Assembly (NCBI GenBank): GCA_045613545.1
Contig: JAZLBD010000001.1
Location: 27,332-91,331 of the forward strand
Direction of reading: 5' to 3'
Length of the DNA stretch: 64,000 bases
Source: Christensenellaceae bacterium
Lineage (GTDB): Bacteria > Bacillota > Clostridia > Christensenellales > Borkfalkiaceae
Made by a program: the position numbers and the translations under genes. The notes below the pieces were generated by a model, which was given only the letters and a program-made list of their open reading frames with translations, was not told the DNA's origin and searched no databases. This document shows, one piece after another, positions 48,484 through 57,142 of this stretch; the stretch's first letter is position 1; the number at the start of each line of letters is the position of its first letter.

Positions 48484-50382
48484 TTACCAAATAATCACGC
48501 GTTTCGAGGGCGCAAGATACATTTTATCCGTCTTTTTCACTTGGAAAGTGTCGTACCATTCTTGGAAGTTTCTCGGTTGCATATTTGCGCGCAAGATTGC
48601 AGGTCCGTGTACGTCCACGCGAAGTAAGAGTTGCGAATATTCGGGTTTTGCTTTCACGCACCAAACGCGCGCCCAGTTTTTGAAATATTCTTCAAACGAA
48701 GCATTTTCCGTCTTGTTCATAATGTCGATCGTCACAGCCATGCCCCCGTTGTCGGCAATATTTTCACTCACGGTGAATTTGCCGTTGCATTTACCCCAAG
48801 GTAATTCGATACCGTCGAATTCTTTCACCATCGCTTTGATTTGCGCTTTGAATTTCTTGGTATCCTCTTTCGTCCACCAATTGTTCAAATTCCCGTTCTC
48901 GTCGCACTTCGCGCCGTTGCTGTCGAACGCGTGGGAAATTTCGTGGCCGATGACCGCCCCAATTCCACCGAGGTTTTCGCTTCTCGTTTGCTTGATCGAA
49001 TAGAAAGGCGCTTGTAAAATCGCCGCCGGGAATGTGACGTCGTTGACGAACGGGTCGTAGCAAGCGTTGACCATATGCCCGGGCATCGCCCATTTTTCGC
49101 GGTTGACTTCCTTATCGAGTTTCGAGAAAGAATCGGCAAGTCTAATTTTATTCAAGGTTTGTACGATATCGAAAAGGGAATCGTTTTCGTCGAAAACAAG
49201 TTTTTCATAGATCTCTTCAATCTTATCGGGATAGCCCATTTTTACGCCGATCTTGGAAAGTTTCAGAATAGCTTTTTCTTTCGTTTCCTTTTCTAAGAAA
49301 TCGTTCTTTTCGATTCGTTCTTTATACGTATCGACGATTTGGTGAACGATGCTGACGATATCTTTTTTCGCCTCTTCGCCGAAATATTTTTCGCCGTAGT
49401 AAAGTCCGACTGGTTCTGAATACATACCGGACGCCAATTGATAAGCGAACTTTTCGACGGAGGCAGGTGCTTGAATTCCCGAAAGAGCGCGATGGAACAT
49501 ACCGCCGATCGATCTCAATTCCTCACTCAAAAGAGAGCAAGCATTAAGCAAGCCTGTCACGTAAGCCCAATGTTTATACAACGCGAACGTATCGGCGTTG
49601 AATACTTGCGCAAAGCCTTTGAAAAATCTCGTTTCCGCCAAGATGATTCTTGCGGGAACTTTCCCGAACAAGCCTTTCAAAAGACCTTTTAAGTTGAGAG
49701 GTTGCACCATAGCCGAAACGCGCGCGGTCGACGTCGGATTGTACATTTTGACGTATTCCGACCATTCTTCACGGCTCTTGACGAGGGTGGAAAGCAATTT
49801 ATCGAATGCAAGCGCGTCTTGTATGTATTGATTTTGCTCTTCATCGGAAAGAGGGGTCTTGGCAAGAACGAGTTTCGCCATATTCGACCACAAGCCCAAA
49901 AGCGCGTCGCGTTGTTGCGCCATTTCGTCTTTGTAATAGGATACGTCGGGGAGAATGACCCCAGGCCCTTGCATCATAACGCAATGACGGGCGGTGTTCT
50001 TCATATCCGTTTCCACGAAAATAGAAAACGGTAGAGGAAGTCTATTCAAAACGAAATCTTTCAAAGCGTCGTTGAGTTCGTCGATCGAGTTTACTTTCTC
50101 CAGCGCGGATAATTTTTGCAAAGCGGGCGCAATCCCGTCCGCCTCTTTTTTCTCTACGTTTTTCGCCGCTTTGAACAAGGCGCACGCTCTTTTCAAATGC
50201 TCGTTGGGATAGTTTTCGCTACCGCTCATTTCGTTAAATTCGCCGATCATTAATTTTTCAACGTCGGTTGCAAGGCTAGAAAATCCGCCAGCCACTGGCA
50301 TATCGTCGGGAATGACCAAGGAATCTATTTTTTCTTGATTGACGTGATGATATAAATCGTCTTGAATACGTACTTTTTCCAT
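48484..50382 (-). CDS. pepO: M13-family neutral endopeptidase (PepO-like)
   Basis: VIGHEISHAFD (HExxH), ENIADNGG, C-terminal ...RVIIW. Confidence 0.9.
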   Translation of the reverse strand: MEKVRIQDDLYHHVNQEKIDSLVIPDDMPVAGGFSSLATDVEKLMIGEFNEMSGSENYPNEHLKRACALFKAAKNVEKKEADGIAPALQKLSALEKVNSIDELNDALKDFVLNRLPLPFSIFVETDMKNTARHCVMMQGPGVILPDVSYYKDEMAQQRDALLGLWSNMAKLVLAKTPLSDEEQNQYIQDALAFDKLLSTLVKSREEWSEYVKMYNPTSTARVSAMVQPLNLKGLLKGLFGKVPARIILAETRFFKGFAQVFNADTFALYKHWAYVTGLLNACSLLSEELRSIGGMFHRALSGIQAPASVEKFAYQLASGMYSEPVGLYYGEKYFGEEAKKDIVSIVHQIVDTYKERIEKNDFLEKETKEKAILKLSKIGVKMGYPDKIEEIYEKLVFDENDSLFDIVQTLNKIRLADSFSKLDKEVNREKWAMPGHMVNACYDPFVNDVTFPAAILQAPFYSIKQTRSENLGGIGAVIGHEISHAFDSNGAKCDENGNLNNWWTKEDTKKFKAQIKAMVKEFDGIELPWGKCNGKFTVSENIADNGGMAVTIDIMNKTENASFEEYFKNWARVWCVKAKPEYSQLLLRVDVHGPAILRANMQPRNFQEWYDTFQVKKTDKMYLAPSKRVIIW

Positions 50383-50497
50383 ATTTTTACTCCTTACTTA
50401 CGTTAATTACTTAGTAGTATAGCACTTCAAAAAAAGAATGTCAAGCCTATGAAAAAGATTCTTTAAGAAACCACAAAAAAGAGCCCCTTTCAACGAC

Positions 50498-50530
50498 AAA
50501 AACGGCTTGTCGCTCAGACAAGCCGTTTTT
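50498..50530 (-). terminator. native ppdK terminator, now separated from ppdK by the islet
   Basis: Stem acggcttgtc (50502-50511) / gacaagccgt (50517-50526), extended by A:T pairs. Its right arm lies inside the left direct repeat. Confidence 0.65.
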
Positions 50531-50572
50531 TGTTAGGCTAAATTAGTTTCTAGGATTTTTAATATTCGCTTG
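50516..50572. repeat. left direct repeat (att-like): last 9 codons plus stop of ppdK and 27 nt downstream
   Basis: agacaagccgttttttgttaggctaaattagtttctaggatttttaatattcgcttg. Identical to 53878-53935 except for one T in the T-run. Confidence 0.9.
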
Positions 50573-50908
50573 AAGAGATGTGTATAGTGAAAAGTTGGTC
50601 GTGTATATTTATACCCTTTTTCGAGCGTTTTGTTTGTCTTATACATACATGTTGCATATTTTGTCGAATTATGTATATTTATACAAAATGCGGTAGCTGT
50701 AGGTTTTTGGTGGTTTTTCACCCAATTTTTCGTAGCTGGTCTTGACAGTCCTTGGTATTTTGAAAGTGCGTTAATCCCTTATAAAACCTAACTTTTTCAG
50801 CATTTTTCAAGTGCTTTTTATTGCTAGCCTTAACAACACCCACAATCACCGCAAGTCTTACTATTTTTAAGGTTCTAAAAACGCCCTTATTTTTAGTTCT
50901 CATCAACG

Positions 50909-51060
50909 CCTAAAACGTTGATTTTCTTTTTCTTGAGCAAGAACACGTACGCCACGAGAGATACGATTGCATCAAACGCATTGCCGATGCCGAATAACAA
51001 CGCTATGCCGATAAGCGTAGGTTGCCAAGCCCGTAGAACGTGGAATCGAACACGTTTTGG
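50909..51060. repeat. 152-bp direct repeat, copy A
   Basis: 151/152 identical to 52935-53086 by hand alignment (a/c difference in ...cgagAgatac...). Confidence 0.9.
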
Positions 51061-51171
51061 AACGCGTAAAGCATAATGAACACCCATTCAAAATAATACA
51101 GATAGCCGACGGAAAAAATCCCGACGGCTATCTAAAAAGTGAGGTGAAACAACAATGTTAATACTTAATTT

Positions 51172-51927
51172 TTATTCTATTTCCAAAAACGGTTTCAATT
51201 TCCATAATTGTCCGTAAACAAGTTTCCTTGCATTTGCTCCATCAAAAGGCGTTACCACCCCGATTTCTTCAAGCCCTTCAATAATTTCCCCTGCTTTGTT
51301 ATAACCCATCTCCATACGACGTTGGATCATTGAAATTGACGCACTATTCGTTGCCATAATTAACTTACAGAGATATGTAACGCTTTCTTTTATCGCCTCG
51401 TTTTCCGCTAAATAGTTAGACAACTTCGCGCCATCTTCATTATCTACGATAACCGATTTTGCAATTTGGAAAAATTCTTTATATTTTTCTATCGAGCAAT
51501 CTCTTTGTTTCGGGCTTTTAGGCAAATCCGCACGTGCCACGTACCACTTACCATCGTTTCCTATTTCCAGCTTCTCTTTAATTTCTTCAATTTCTTCTTC
51601 TACCCTTTCTACTTCCTGCTCCCATTCTTCATAGGCTTCTTCGTCATCTTCGTCGGGTTCTTCACATTCGAGTTCTTCCACCCTTTCTTCAAGCTCTTTC
51701 AACTCTTTTAATAACGCTTCTATATTCGCCGTATTCTGTTCTTCAAAAAACGAGTTGATATCACAATTATAAAATTTTGCGATTTTCGGCAAATATTCCA
51801 ATGATGGTAACGCCTCGCCTTTTTCCCATTTTGATACGGACTGCGGACTTATATTCAAATAATCCGCCAAATCCTTTTGCGTTTTCTCACTCTGTAATCT
51901 TATTGCTTTTAATCTTTCGTGAAACAT
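51172..51927 (-). CDS. XRE-family HTH protein with an acidic coiled-coil linker and a C-terminal FtsK-gamma winged-helix domain
   Basis: N-terminus LKAIRLQSEKTQKDLADYLNISPQSVSKWEKGEALPS (HTH_3). C-terminus SASISMIQRRMEMGYNKAGEIIEGLEEIGVVTPFDGANARKLV; compare the SpoIIIE/FtsK gamma pattern ASxSxLQRRxRIGYxRAARLIDxMExxGVVxPxxGSKPREVL. GGAGG lies before ATG 51927. Confidence 0.75.
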   Translation of the reverse strand: MFHERLKAIRLQSEKTQKDLADYLNISPQSVSKWEKGEALPSLEYLPKIAKFYNCDINSFFEEQNTANIEALLKELKELEERVEELECEEPDEDDEEAYEEWEQEVERVEEEIEEIKEKLEIGNDGKWYVARADLPKSPKQRDCSIEKYKEFFQIAKSVIVDNEDGAKLSNYLAENEAIKESVTYLCKLIMATNSASISMIQRRMEMGYNKAGEIIEGLEEIGVVTPFDGANARKLVYGQLWKLKPFLEIE

Positions 51928-51963
51928 ACTATACCTCCGATTTTTTCCATTGTAAATATTGTA

Positions 51964-52473
51964 TTATATCCGTAAAATGGACGCTTTTTCATAAACAACC
52001 TTTAATGTTCCTGCAAACGGTATTACTATTCCCAGAGCTTTAATCCCTTCAATAATACAATTCGCCAAGTCAAAATCAATTCTTAATTCCACCTTTAATA
52101 AACCAAGAGAAACCAAACTATTCTCTATCAAAAATTGATAAATGCTCACCAGCATTTCTTTAATATTTTGATTGTTTTCCAAATAAAAACTTAATTCTTG
52201 AATATCTTTTTTTTGGTCAACAACGTCTTTTGCTAATTGAAAAAAAGCATCTAACATATCTACGCTTATATTTTCCGAGCTTTCTTTCTCAAAAAATATA
52301 TTCATATCACAATTATAGAACTTTGCGATTTTAGGTAAATATTCCAATGATGGCAAAACCTCGCCTTTCTCCCATTTTGATACGGACTGCGGACTTATAT
52401 TCAAATAATCCGCCAAATCCTTTTGCGTTTTCTCACTCTTTAATCTTATTGCCTTTAATTGTTCGTGGATCAT
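51964..52473 (-). CDS. XRE-family HTH protein, paralogue with a degenerate gamma-like C-terminus
   Basis: The first ~60 aa are almost identical to the 51172-51927 product. The C-terminus NSLVSLGLLKVELRIDFDLANCIIEGIKALGIVIPFAGTLKVV is collinear with the gamma domain but has lost the QRR/GY residues. Confidence 0.7.
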   Translation of the reverse strand: MIHEQLKAIRLKSEKTQKDLADYLNISPQSVSKWEKGEVLPSLEYLPKIAKFYNCDMNIFFEKESSENISVDMLDAFFQLAKDVVDQKKDIQELSFYLENNQNIKEMLVSIYQFLIENSLVSLGLLKVELRIDFDLANCIIEGIKALGIVIPFAGTLKVVYEKASILRI

Positions 52474-52934
52474 ACCACACCTCCGCGTTTTTCATTGTAA
52501 ATATTATACCATATCCACAAAACGCCGTCAATGACCGATTATTTGAGTTTTACCACTCACAAATCAACCACAGGTTGATTTCCCTTACGGGAGTGGGATA
52601 GCAAACGAAAAAACCATAAACCCATTTGCTACCCCACAAAGAGGTGTAAACGCAAACGACATACTATAAACAACTTTATTTATTCCCGTTCATTAGGAAT
52701 TTGAAAAAATAGAACACCAACAATATGGGAAACAATAACCACATAGCGTATCTCCTTGCAACTTATTTACAATGGAATTATAACATAGAAAATATGACAA
52801 CATCCGTCAGGTTTATAAAAATTTTTGAAAATTTTTATTCCCCCATTATATTCAAAACAAAAATCTTTACTCTATAAATCACTTTGAACTGAAAAGTAAA
52901 GATTTTTGTTGTCGTATAAAGTTTTTATTCAATC

Positions 52935-53086
52935 CCTAAAACGTTGATTTTCTTTTTCTTGAGCAAGAACACGTACGCCACGAGCGATACGATTGCATCA
53001 AACGCATTGCCGATGCCGAATAACAACGCTATGCCGATAAGCGTAGGTTGCCAAGCCCGTAGAACGTGGAATCGAACACGTTTTGG
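52935..53086. repeat. 152-bp direct repeat, copy B
   Basis: See copy A. Start-to-start distance is 2026 bp. Confidence 0.9.
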
Positions 53087-53162
53087 GACATCTGACCTCT
53101 TTTGTAAAAATATTTAATTTTTCGCTCGGCTTATCTATAGCATATTCATAAATTGGGATTTG

Positions 53163-53723
53163 TCAATATCTACTGCCATAAATCAATTTCGCTTTTTCAG
53201 TATATTTCCGTACAAACTCGGTCTTTGCGTTTGTATAAGCATCTCTGTTATGCTCGTACTTTTTCCATAAATTTAATTTCAATACTTCGTATTGTTTTGC
53301 TACATCCGAATGTTCTATTAGATAATCCCTAAAATACAATTCATTGTTATCGCCAGCATATCTTAAGTGCAAATGAAACACTCGTTTGGCAAATCCATTC
53401 TCAGTATATCCTTTATTAAAGGACAACCCGTTCTCACTTTGCGACATACAAATATAACCGCAATTTATTATCTCCGCTTTGTAATCAAGCAAATTTGTCC
53501 CCTTTGGAATCTCCACAAGAATATCTACAATAGGTTTTGCCCAAATAGAAGGAATAACGGTGCTTCCGATATGACTGATTCTCTCATTGTTCGTTAAAAC
53601 TCTTTTCAATAGTTTTTCTTCTTCCAAATACCATTCTTTCCAACACTCTTGATGTTCTGTTAAAATGATAGGAAACAACTGCCACAGTTCTTCTAAACTC
53701 ATTTCGGTTAATTTTTTGCTCAT
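53163..53723 (-). CDS. GrpB-family (nucleotidyltransferase-fold) protein
   Basis: IGSTVIPSIWAKPIVDILVEI, FHLHLRY and the C-terminal AYTNAKTEFV are typical of GrpB/UPF0157. I prefer ATG 53723 (GGAG 7 nt upstream). Confidence 0.7.
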   Translation of the reverse strand: MSKKLTEMSLEELWQLFPIILTEHQECWKEWYLEEEKLLKRVLTNNERISHIGSTVIPSIWAKPIVDILVEIPKGTNLLDYKAEIINCGYICMSQSENGLSFNKGYTENGFAKRVFHLHLRYAGDNNELYFRDYLIEHSDVAKQYEVLKLNLWKKYEHNRDAYTNAKTEFVRKYTEKAKLIYGSRY

Positions 53724-53877
53724 TATACACTCCGTCAAATTCTTATTTATCGGTGAGTTTATTATAACATAAAATAAAATTTAATTCAATTTGTTTTGCG
53801 TGGGCAAAAGAAAACTCGACTTTTCCAAGTCGAGTTTTATAAATTATTCAATTTAAATCCCTAAGAGTGACGCCCTT

Positions 53878-53935
53878 AGACAAGCCGTTTTTTTGTTAGG
53901 CTAAATTAGTTTCTAGGATTTTTAATATTCGCTTG
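53878..53935. repeat. right direct repeat (att-like), functional 3' end of ppdK
   Basis: See the left repeat. Confidence 0.9.
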
Positions 53936-56539
53936 TGCTGCTGCAAGGCGTGCGATGGGCACGCGGAACGGCGAGCAAGATACGTAATCCAAACCGATTT
54001 CGTGGCAGAATTCTACCGACGTAGGATCACCGCCGTGTTCACCGCAAATACCTACGTGGAGGTGGTTGTTTGCAGGTCTACCAAGCGAGATTGCCATCTT
54101 CATCAATTTGCCAACGCCCGTTTGGTCAAGTTTTGCGAACGGATCGTTTTCGAAGATCTTCGTGTCGTAGTAAGCGTTCAAGAACTTACCAGCGTCGTCA
54201 CGAGAGAACCCGTACGTCATTTGCGTCAAGTCGTTCGTACCGAAGCAGAAGAAGTCAGCGTTTTGCGCGATTTCGTCAGCCGTCAAGCAAGCTCTGGGGA
54301 TTTCGATCATCGTACCAACTTCATAATCAAGTTTCACGCCAGCCGCTTTAATTTCAGCTTCTGCCGTTGCAACCACTACTGCTTTGACGAACTTCAATTC
54401 TTTCACGTCGCCAACGAGCGGGATCATGATTTCGGGTTTCACGTTCCAATCAGCGTGCGCTTTTTGAACGTTGATAGCCGCGCGGATAACGGCAGCCGTT
54501 TGCATCTTCGCGATTTCGGGATACGTCACGGCAAGACGGCAACCACGGTGACCCATCATCGGGTTGAATTCGTGCAAGGAGGAAATGATCGCTTTGATCG
54601 TTTCCACGCTCTTGCCTTGCGCGTTTGCAAGAATTGCGATATCTTCTTCCGTCGTAGGAACGAATTCGTGAAGAGGGGGATCGAGGAAACGGATACATAC
54701 GGGCGTGCCTTCCAATGCTTCGTAAAGCGCTTCGAAGTCAGCTTGTTGCATAGGAAGAATCTTTTGAAGAGCGACTTCTCTTTCTTCCACCGTTTCGGAG
54801 CAAATCATTTCGCGGAACGCATCGATTCTGCCTTCGCCGAAGAACATATGCTCGGTACGGCAAAGACCGATACCTTCTGCGCCGAGTTCGCGCGCTTTCT
54901 TAGCGTCCGTAGGCGTATCAGCGTTCGTTCTTACTTTAAGCTTTCTATATTTATCAGCCCAACCCATGATCACGCCGAAGTTACCGGAAATTTCTGCGTC
55001 AACGGTGGGAATGATACCGTCGTAAATAGCGCCCGTCGAACCGTCGATGGAGATGTAGTCGCCTTCGTGGAATACTTTTCCTGCAAGCGTGAACTTCTTG
55101 TTTTCTTCGTCCATCTTGATTTCACCGCAACCGGATACGCAACACTTACCCATACCGCGAGCAACAACGGCTGCGTGGGAGGTCATACCGCCACGAACGG
55201 TGAGGATACCTTGCGCCGCTTTCATACCCGTAATGTCTTCGGGGGAGGTTTCCAAACGAACGAGGACTACTTTCTTTCCTGCGTTGTTCCAATTTTCAGC
55301 GTCTTCTGCCGAGAACACGATTTGACCGCAAGCCGCACCGGGGGACGCGCCAAGACCACGACCCATAGGCGTTGCAGCCTTGATGGCTTTCACGTCGAAT
55401 TGAGGGTGCAAAAGAGTGTCGAGGTTTCTGGGATCGATCATAAGCACTGCTTCTTGTTCCGTCTTGTGTCCTTCTTTTACGAGGTCCACTGCGATTTGAA
55501 GAGCTGCTTGCGCCGTTCTCTTACCGTTACGGGTTTGCAACATATAGAGTTTCTCGTTTTCCACGGTGAATTCCATATCTTGCATATCGTGATAGTGATT
55601 TTCAAGGATTTCGCAAACTTTCTTGAATTGCTCGAAAGCTGCGGGGAATTTTTCCGCCATTTGCGCGATGGGCATCGGCGTACGAACACCTGCAACCACG
55701 TCTTCGCCTTGCGCGTTCGTCAAGAATTCGCCCATAAGTTTCTTTTCTCCCGTAGCAGGGTCACGCGTGAACGCAACGCCCGTACCGCAATCGTCACCCA
55801 TATTACCGAATGCCATTGCTTGTACGTTTACTGCCGTACCCCAAGAATAGGGAATATCGTTATCACGGCGATATACGTTTGCACGAGGGTTGTCCCAAGA
55901 ACGGAACACGGCCTTTACGGCGCCCATAAGTTGTTCTTTCGGGTCGGAAGGGAAATCCTTACCGATCTTTGCTTTGTATTCTGCTTTGAATTGGTTAGCA
56001 AGTTCCTTCAAATCGTCCGCTGTCAGGTCAACGTCGAGGGTCACGCCTTTTGCTTCCTTCATTTCGTCGATGAGTTCTTCAAAATATTTCTTACCAACTT
56101 CCATAACGACGTCGGAATACATTTGAATGAATCTTCTATAACAGTCGTAAGCCCAACGAGGGTTGCCCGACTTCTTTGCGATGGTTTCCACAACGTCTTC
56201 GTTCAAGCCGAGGTTCAAGATGGTGTCCATCATACCGGGCATGGACGCTCTTGCGCCCGAACGAACGGAAACGAGCAAAGGATTTTCCAAATCGCCGAAC
56301 TTCTTGCCAGTGACTGCTTCCATTTTGTCAACGTAGCTCATAATCTCTGCTTGAATGTCGGGATTAATTTGCTTTCCGTCCTCATAATACTGCGTGCAAG
56401 CTTCCGTCGAAATGGTAAAACCTTGAGGCACGGGAAGACCGATCTTCGTCATTTCCGCAAGGTTCGCGCCCTTACCGCCGAGCAATTCACGCATGTTTGC
56501 ATCGCCTTCTGTGAAAAGGTAGCAATACTTCTTTGCCAT
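53906..56539 (-). CDS. ppdK: pyruvate, phosphate dikinase
   Basis: MAKKYCYLFTEGDANMRELLGGKGANLAEM, GGMTSHAAVVARGMG (phospho-His), and GICGEHGGDP near the C-terminus. ATG 56539 follows GGAGG. Confidence 0.95.
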   Translation of the reverse strand: MAKKYCYLFTEGDANMRELLGGKGANLAEMTKIGLPVPQGFTISTEACTQYYEDGKQINPDIQAEIMSYVDKMEAVTGKKFGDLENPLLVSVRSGARASMPGMMDTILNLGLNEDVVETIAKKSGNPRWAYDCYRRFIQMYSDVVMEVGKKYFEELIDEMKEAKGVTLDVDLTADDLKELANQFKAEYKAKIGKDFPSDPKEQLMGAVKAVFRSWDNPRANVYRRDNDIPYSWGTAVNVQAMAFGNMGDDCGTGVAFTRDPATGEKKLMGEFLTNAQGEDVVAGVRTPMPIAQMAEKFPAAFEQFKKVCEILENHYHDMQDMEFTVENEKLYMLQTRNGKRTAQAALQIAVDLVKEGHKTEQEAVLMIDPRNLDTLLHPQFDVKAIKAATPMGRGLGASPGAACGQIVFSAEDAENWNNAGKKVVLVRLETSPEDITGMKAAQGILTVRGGMTSHAAVVARGMGKCCVSGCGEIKMDEENKKFTLAGKVFHEGDYISIDGSTGAIYDGIIPTVDAEISGNFGVIMGWADKYRKLKVRTNADTPTDAKKARELGAEGIGLCRTEHMFFGEGRIDAFREMICSETVEEREVALQKILPMQQADFEALYEALEGTPVCIRFLDPPLHEFVPTTEEDIAILANAQGKSVETIKAIISSLHEFNPMMGHRGCRLAVTYPEIAKMQTAAVIRAAINVQKAHADWNVKPEIMIPLVGDVKELKFVKAVVVATAEAEIKAAGVKLDYEVGTMIEIPRACLTADEIAQNADFFCFGTNDLTQMTYGFSRDDAGKFLNAYYDTKIFENDPFAKLDQTGVGKLMKMAISLGRPANNHLHVGICGEHGGDPTSVEFCHEIGLDYVSCSPFRVPIARLAAAQANIKNPRN

Positions 56540-56602
56540 AATGTTATCCTCCAATAGTAATTTTTTCTTTTTCTGTTTCGCTTTTATTTTTTGCCATATA
56601 TT

Positions 56603-56631
56603 ATTGTAATATAAACGCAAAAAAATATCAA
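56603..56631 (-). promoter_or_regulatory. candidate sigma-A promoter of ppdK
   Basis: Minus strand TTGATA (56631-56626), 17-nt spacer, TACAAT (56608-56603). Confidence 0.5.
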
Positions 56632-56692
56632 GCCTTTCTCACGGGTTTTTTTTGATTTTTTTAAGATATTTTCACTCGTAAAGGAGCAAAGC

Positions 56693-56724
56693 AAACGGAC
56701 AACCTTGTAAAAAATTGTCCGTTT
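56693..56724 (-). terminator. hairpin terminator after the GtrA-like gene
   Basis: Stem aaacggacaa (56693-56702) / ttgtccgttt (56715-56724). Confidence 0.5.
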
Positions 56725-56729
56725 GTATT

Positions 56730-57128
56730 TTATTCCGTTGTATTTTCACGAAAAACCACGAACCGTTGGAAGAGATATTCCGTGGAAAAGTTCAAAAGCA
56801 TATTGATACCCGTCACCAAATACTCGTTCCAACCCAAGTCCCCCACCAAGAAATTCCCTAAAAGGGTGGAAAGGGGGATAAACGCCAAATAATACCCGAG
56901 CACTTTCAGCATCGCGATCGGCACGTTCGTCGCCGATTGGAAAGTGAATTTCCGATTGAGGGTAAAATTCCACACCACCGAAAGAGTGAGAGATATCAAA
57001 TAGCACGGCCAATAGGACATTCCCGAAAGCTCGTTCAGTAGGGTAAACGATACGATTTGTATACCCCCTGCGCTGATGGAAAACAGTACGAATTTAATGA
57101 TTTTTATCCATTCTTTTTTATTCTTCAT
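56730..57128 (-). CDS. GtrA-family membrane protein
   Basis: IIKFVLFSISAGGIQIVSFTLLNE and NRKFTF, 4 TM segments. ATG 57128 follows AGGAG. Confidence 0.7.
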   Translation of the reverse strand: MKNKKEWIKIIKFVLFSISAGGIQIVSFTLLNELSGMSYWPCYLISLTLSVVWNFTLNRKFTFQSATNVPIAMLKVLGYYLAFIPLSTLLGNFLVGDLGWNEYLVTGINMLLNFSTEYLFQRFVVFRENTTE

Positions 57129-57142
57129 TCGTAGAAAACTCC

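Larger units (their letters stand above)
50516..53935. mobile_element. integrase-less integrated islet (CIME-like remnant) in the 3' end of ppdK
   Basis: It is bounded by direct repeats 50516-50572 and 53878-53935. The interior is visibly AT-rich, and I recognise no recombinase ORF. Confidence 0.6.

Noticed and set aside
50541-50572. dif-like Xer site inside the 57-bp att repeat
   Set aside because: There is only a partial left-arm resemblance (TTTCTAGGAT versus my recollection of B. subtilis dif CTTCCTAGAAT), and the right arm does not match. This is too weak to claim and is kept only as a test to run.
50533-50906. Two 62-aa minus-strand ORFs as possible remnants of an integrase
   Set aside because: Neither frame, nor a frameshift-joined reading, shows R..HxxR..Y or serine-recombinase motifs. 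The end of the 50533 ORF is just the ppdK repeat read out of frame.
50909-51060. tRNA-like T-loop (minus strand GTGTTCGATTCCAC) inside the 152-bp repeat
   Set aside because: The loop would be 8 nt, and I cannot build acceptor, D or anticodon arms around it. It is a coincidental match.
53933-56557. 874-aa plus-strand ORF spanning the whole ppdK locus
   Set aside because: It is exactly antisense to an unmistakable pyruvate phosphate dikinase. Its translation is R/H/F/V-rich low-information sequence with no motif, which is a typical shadow ORF.
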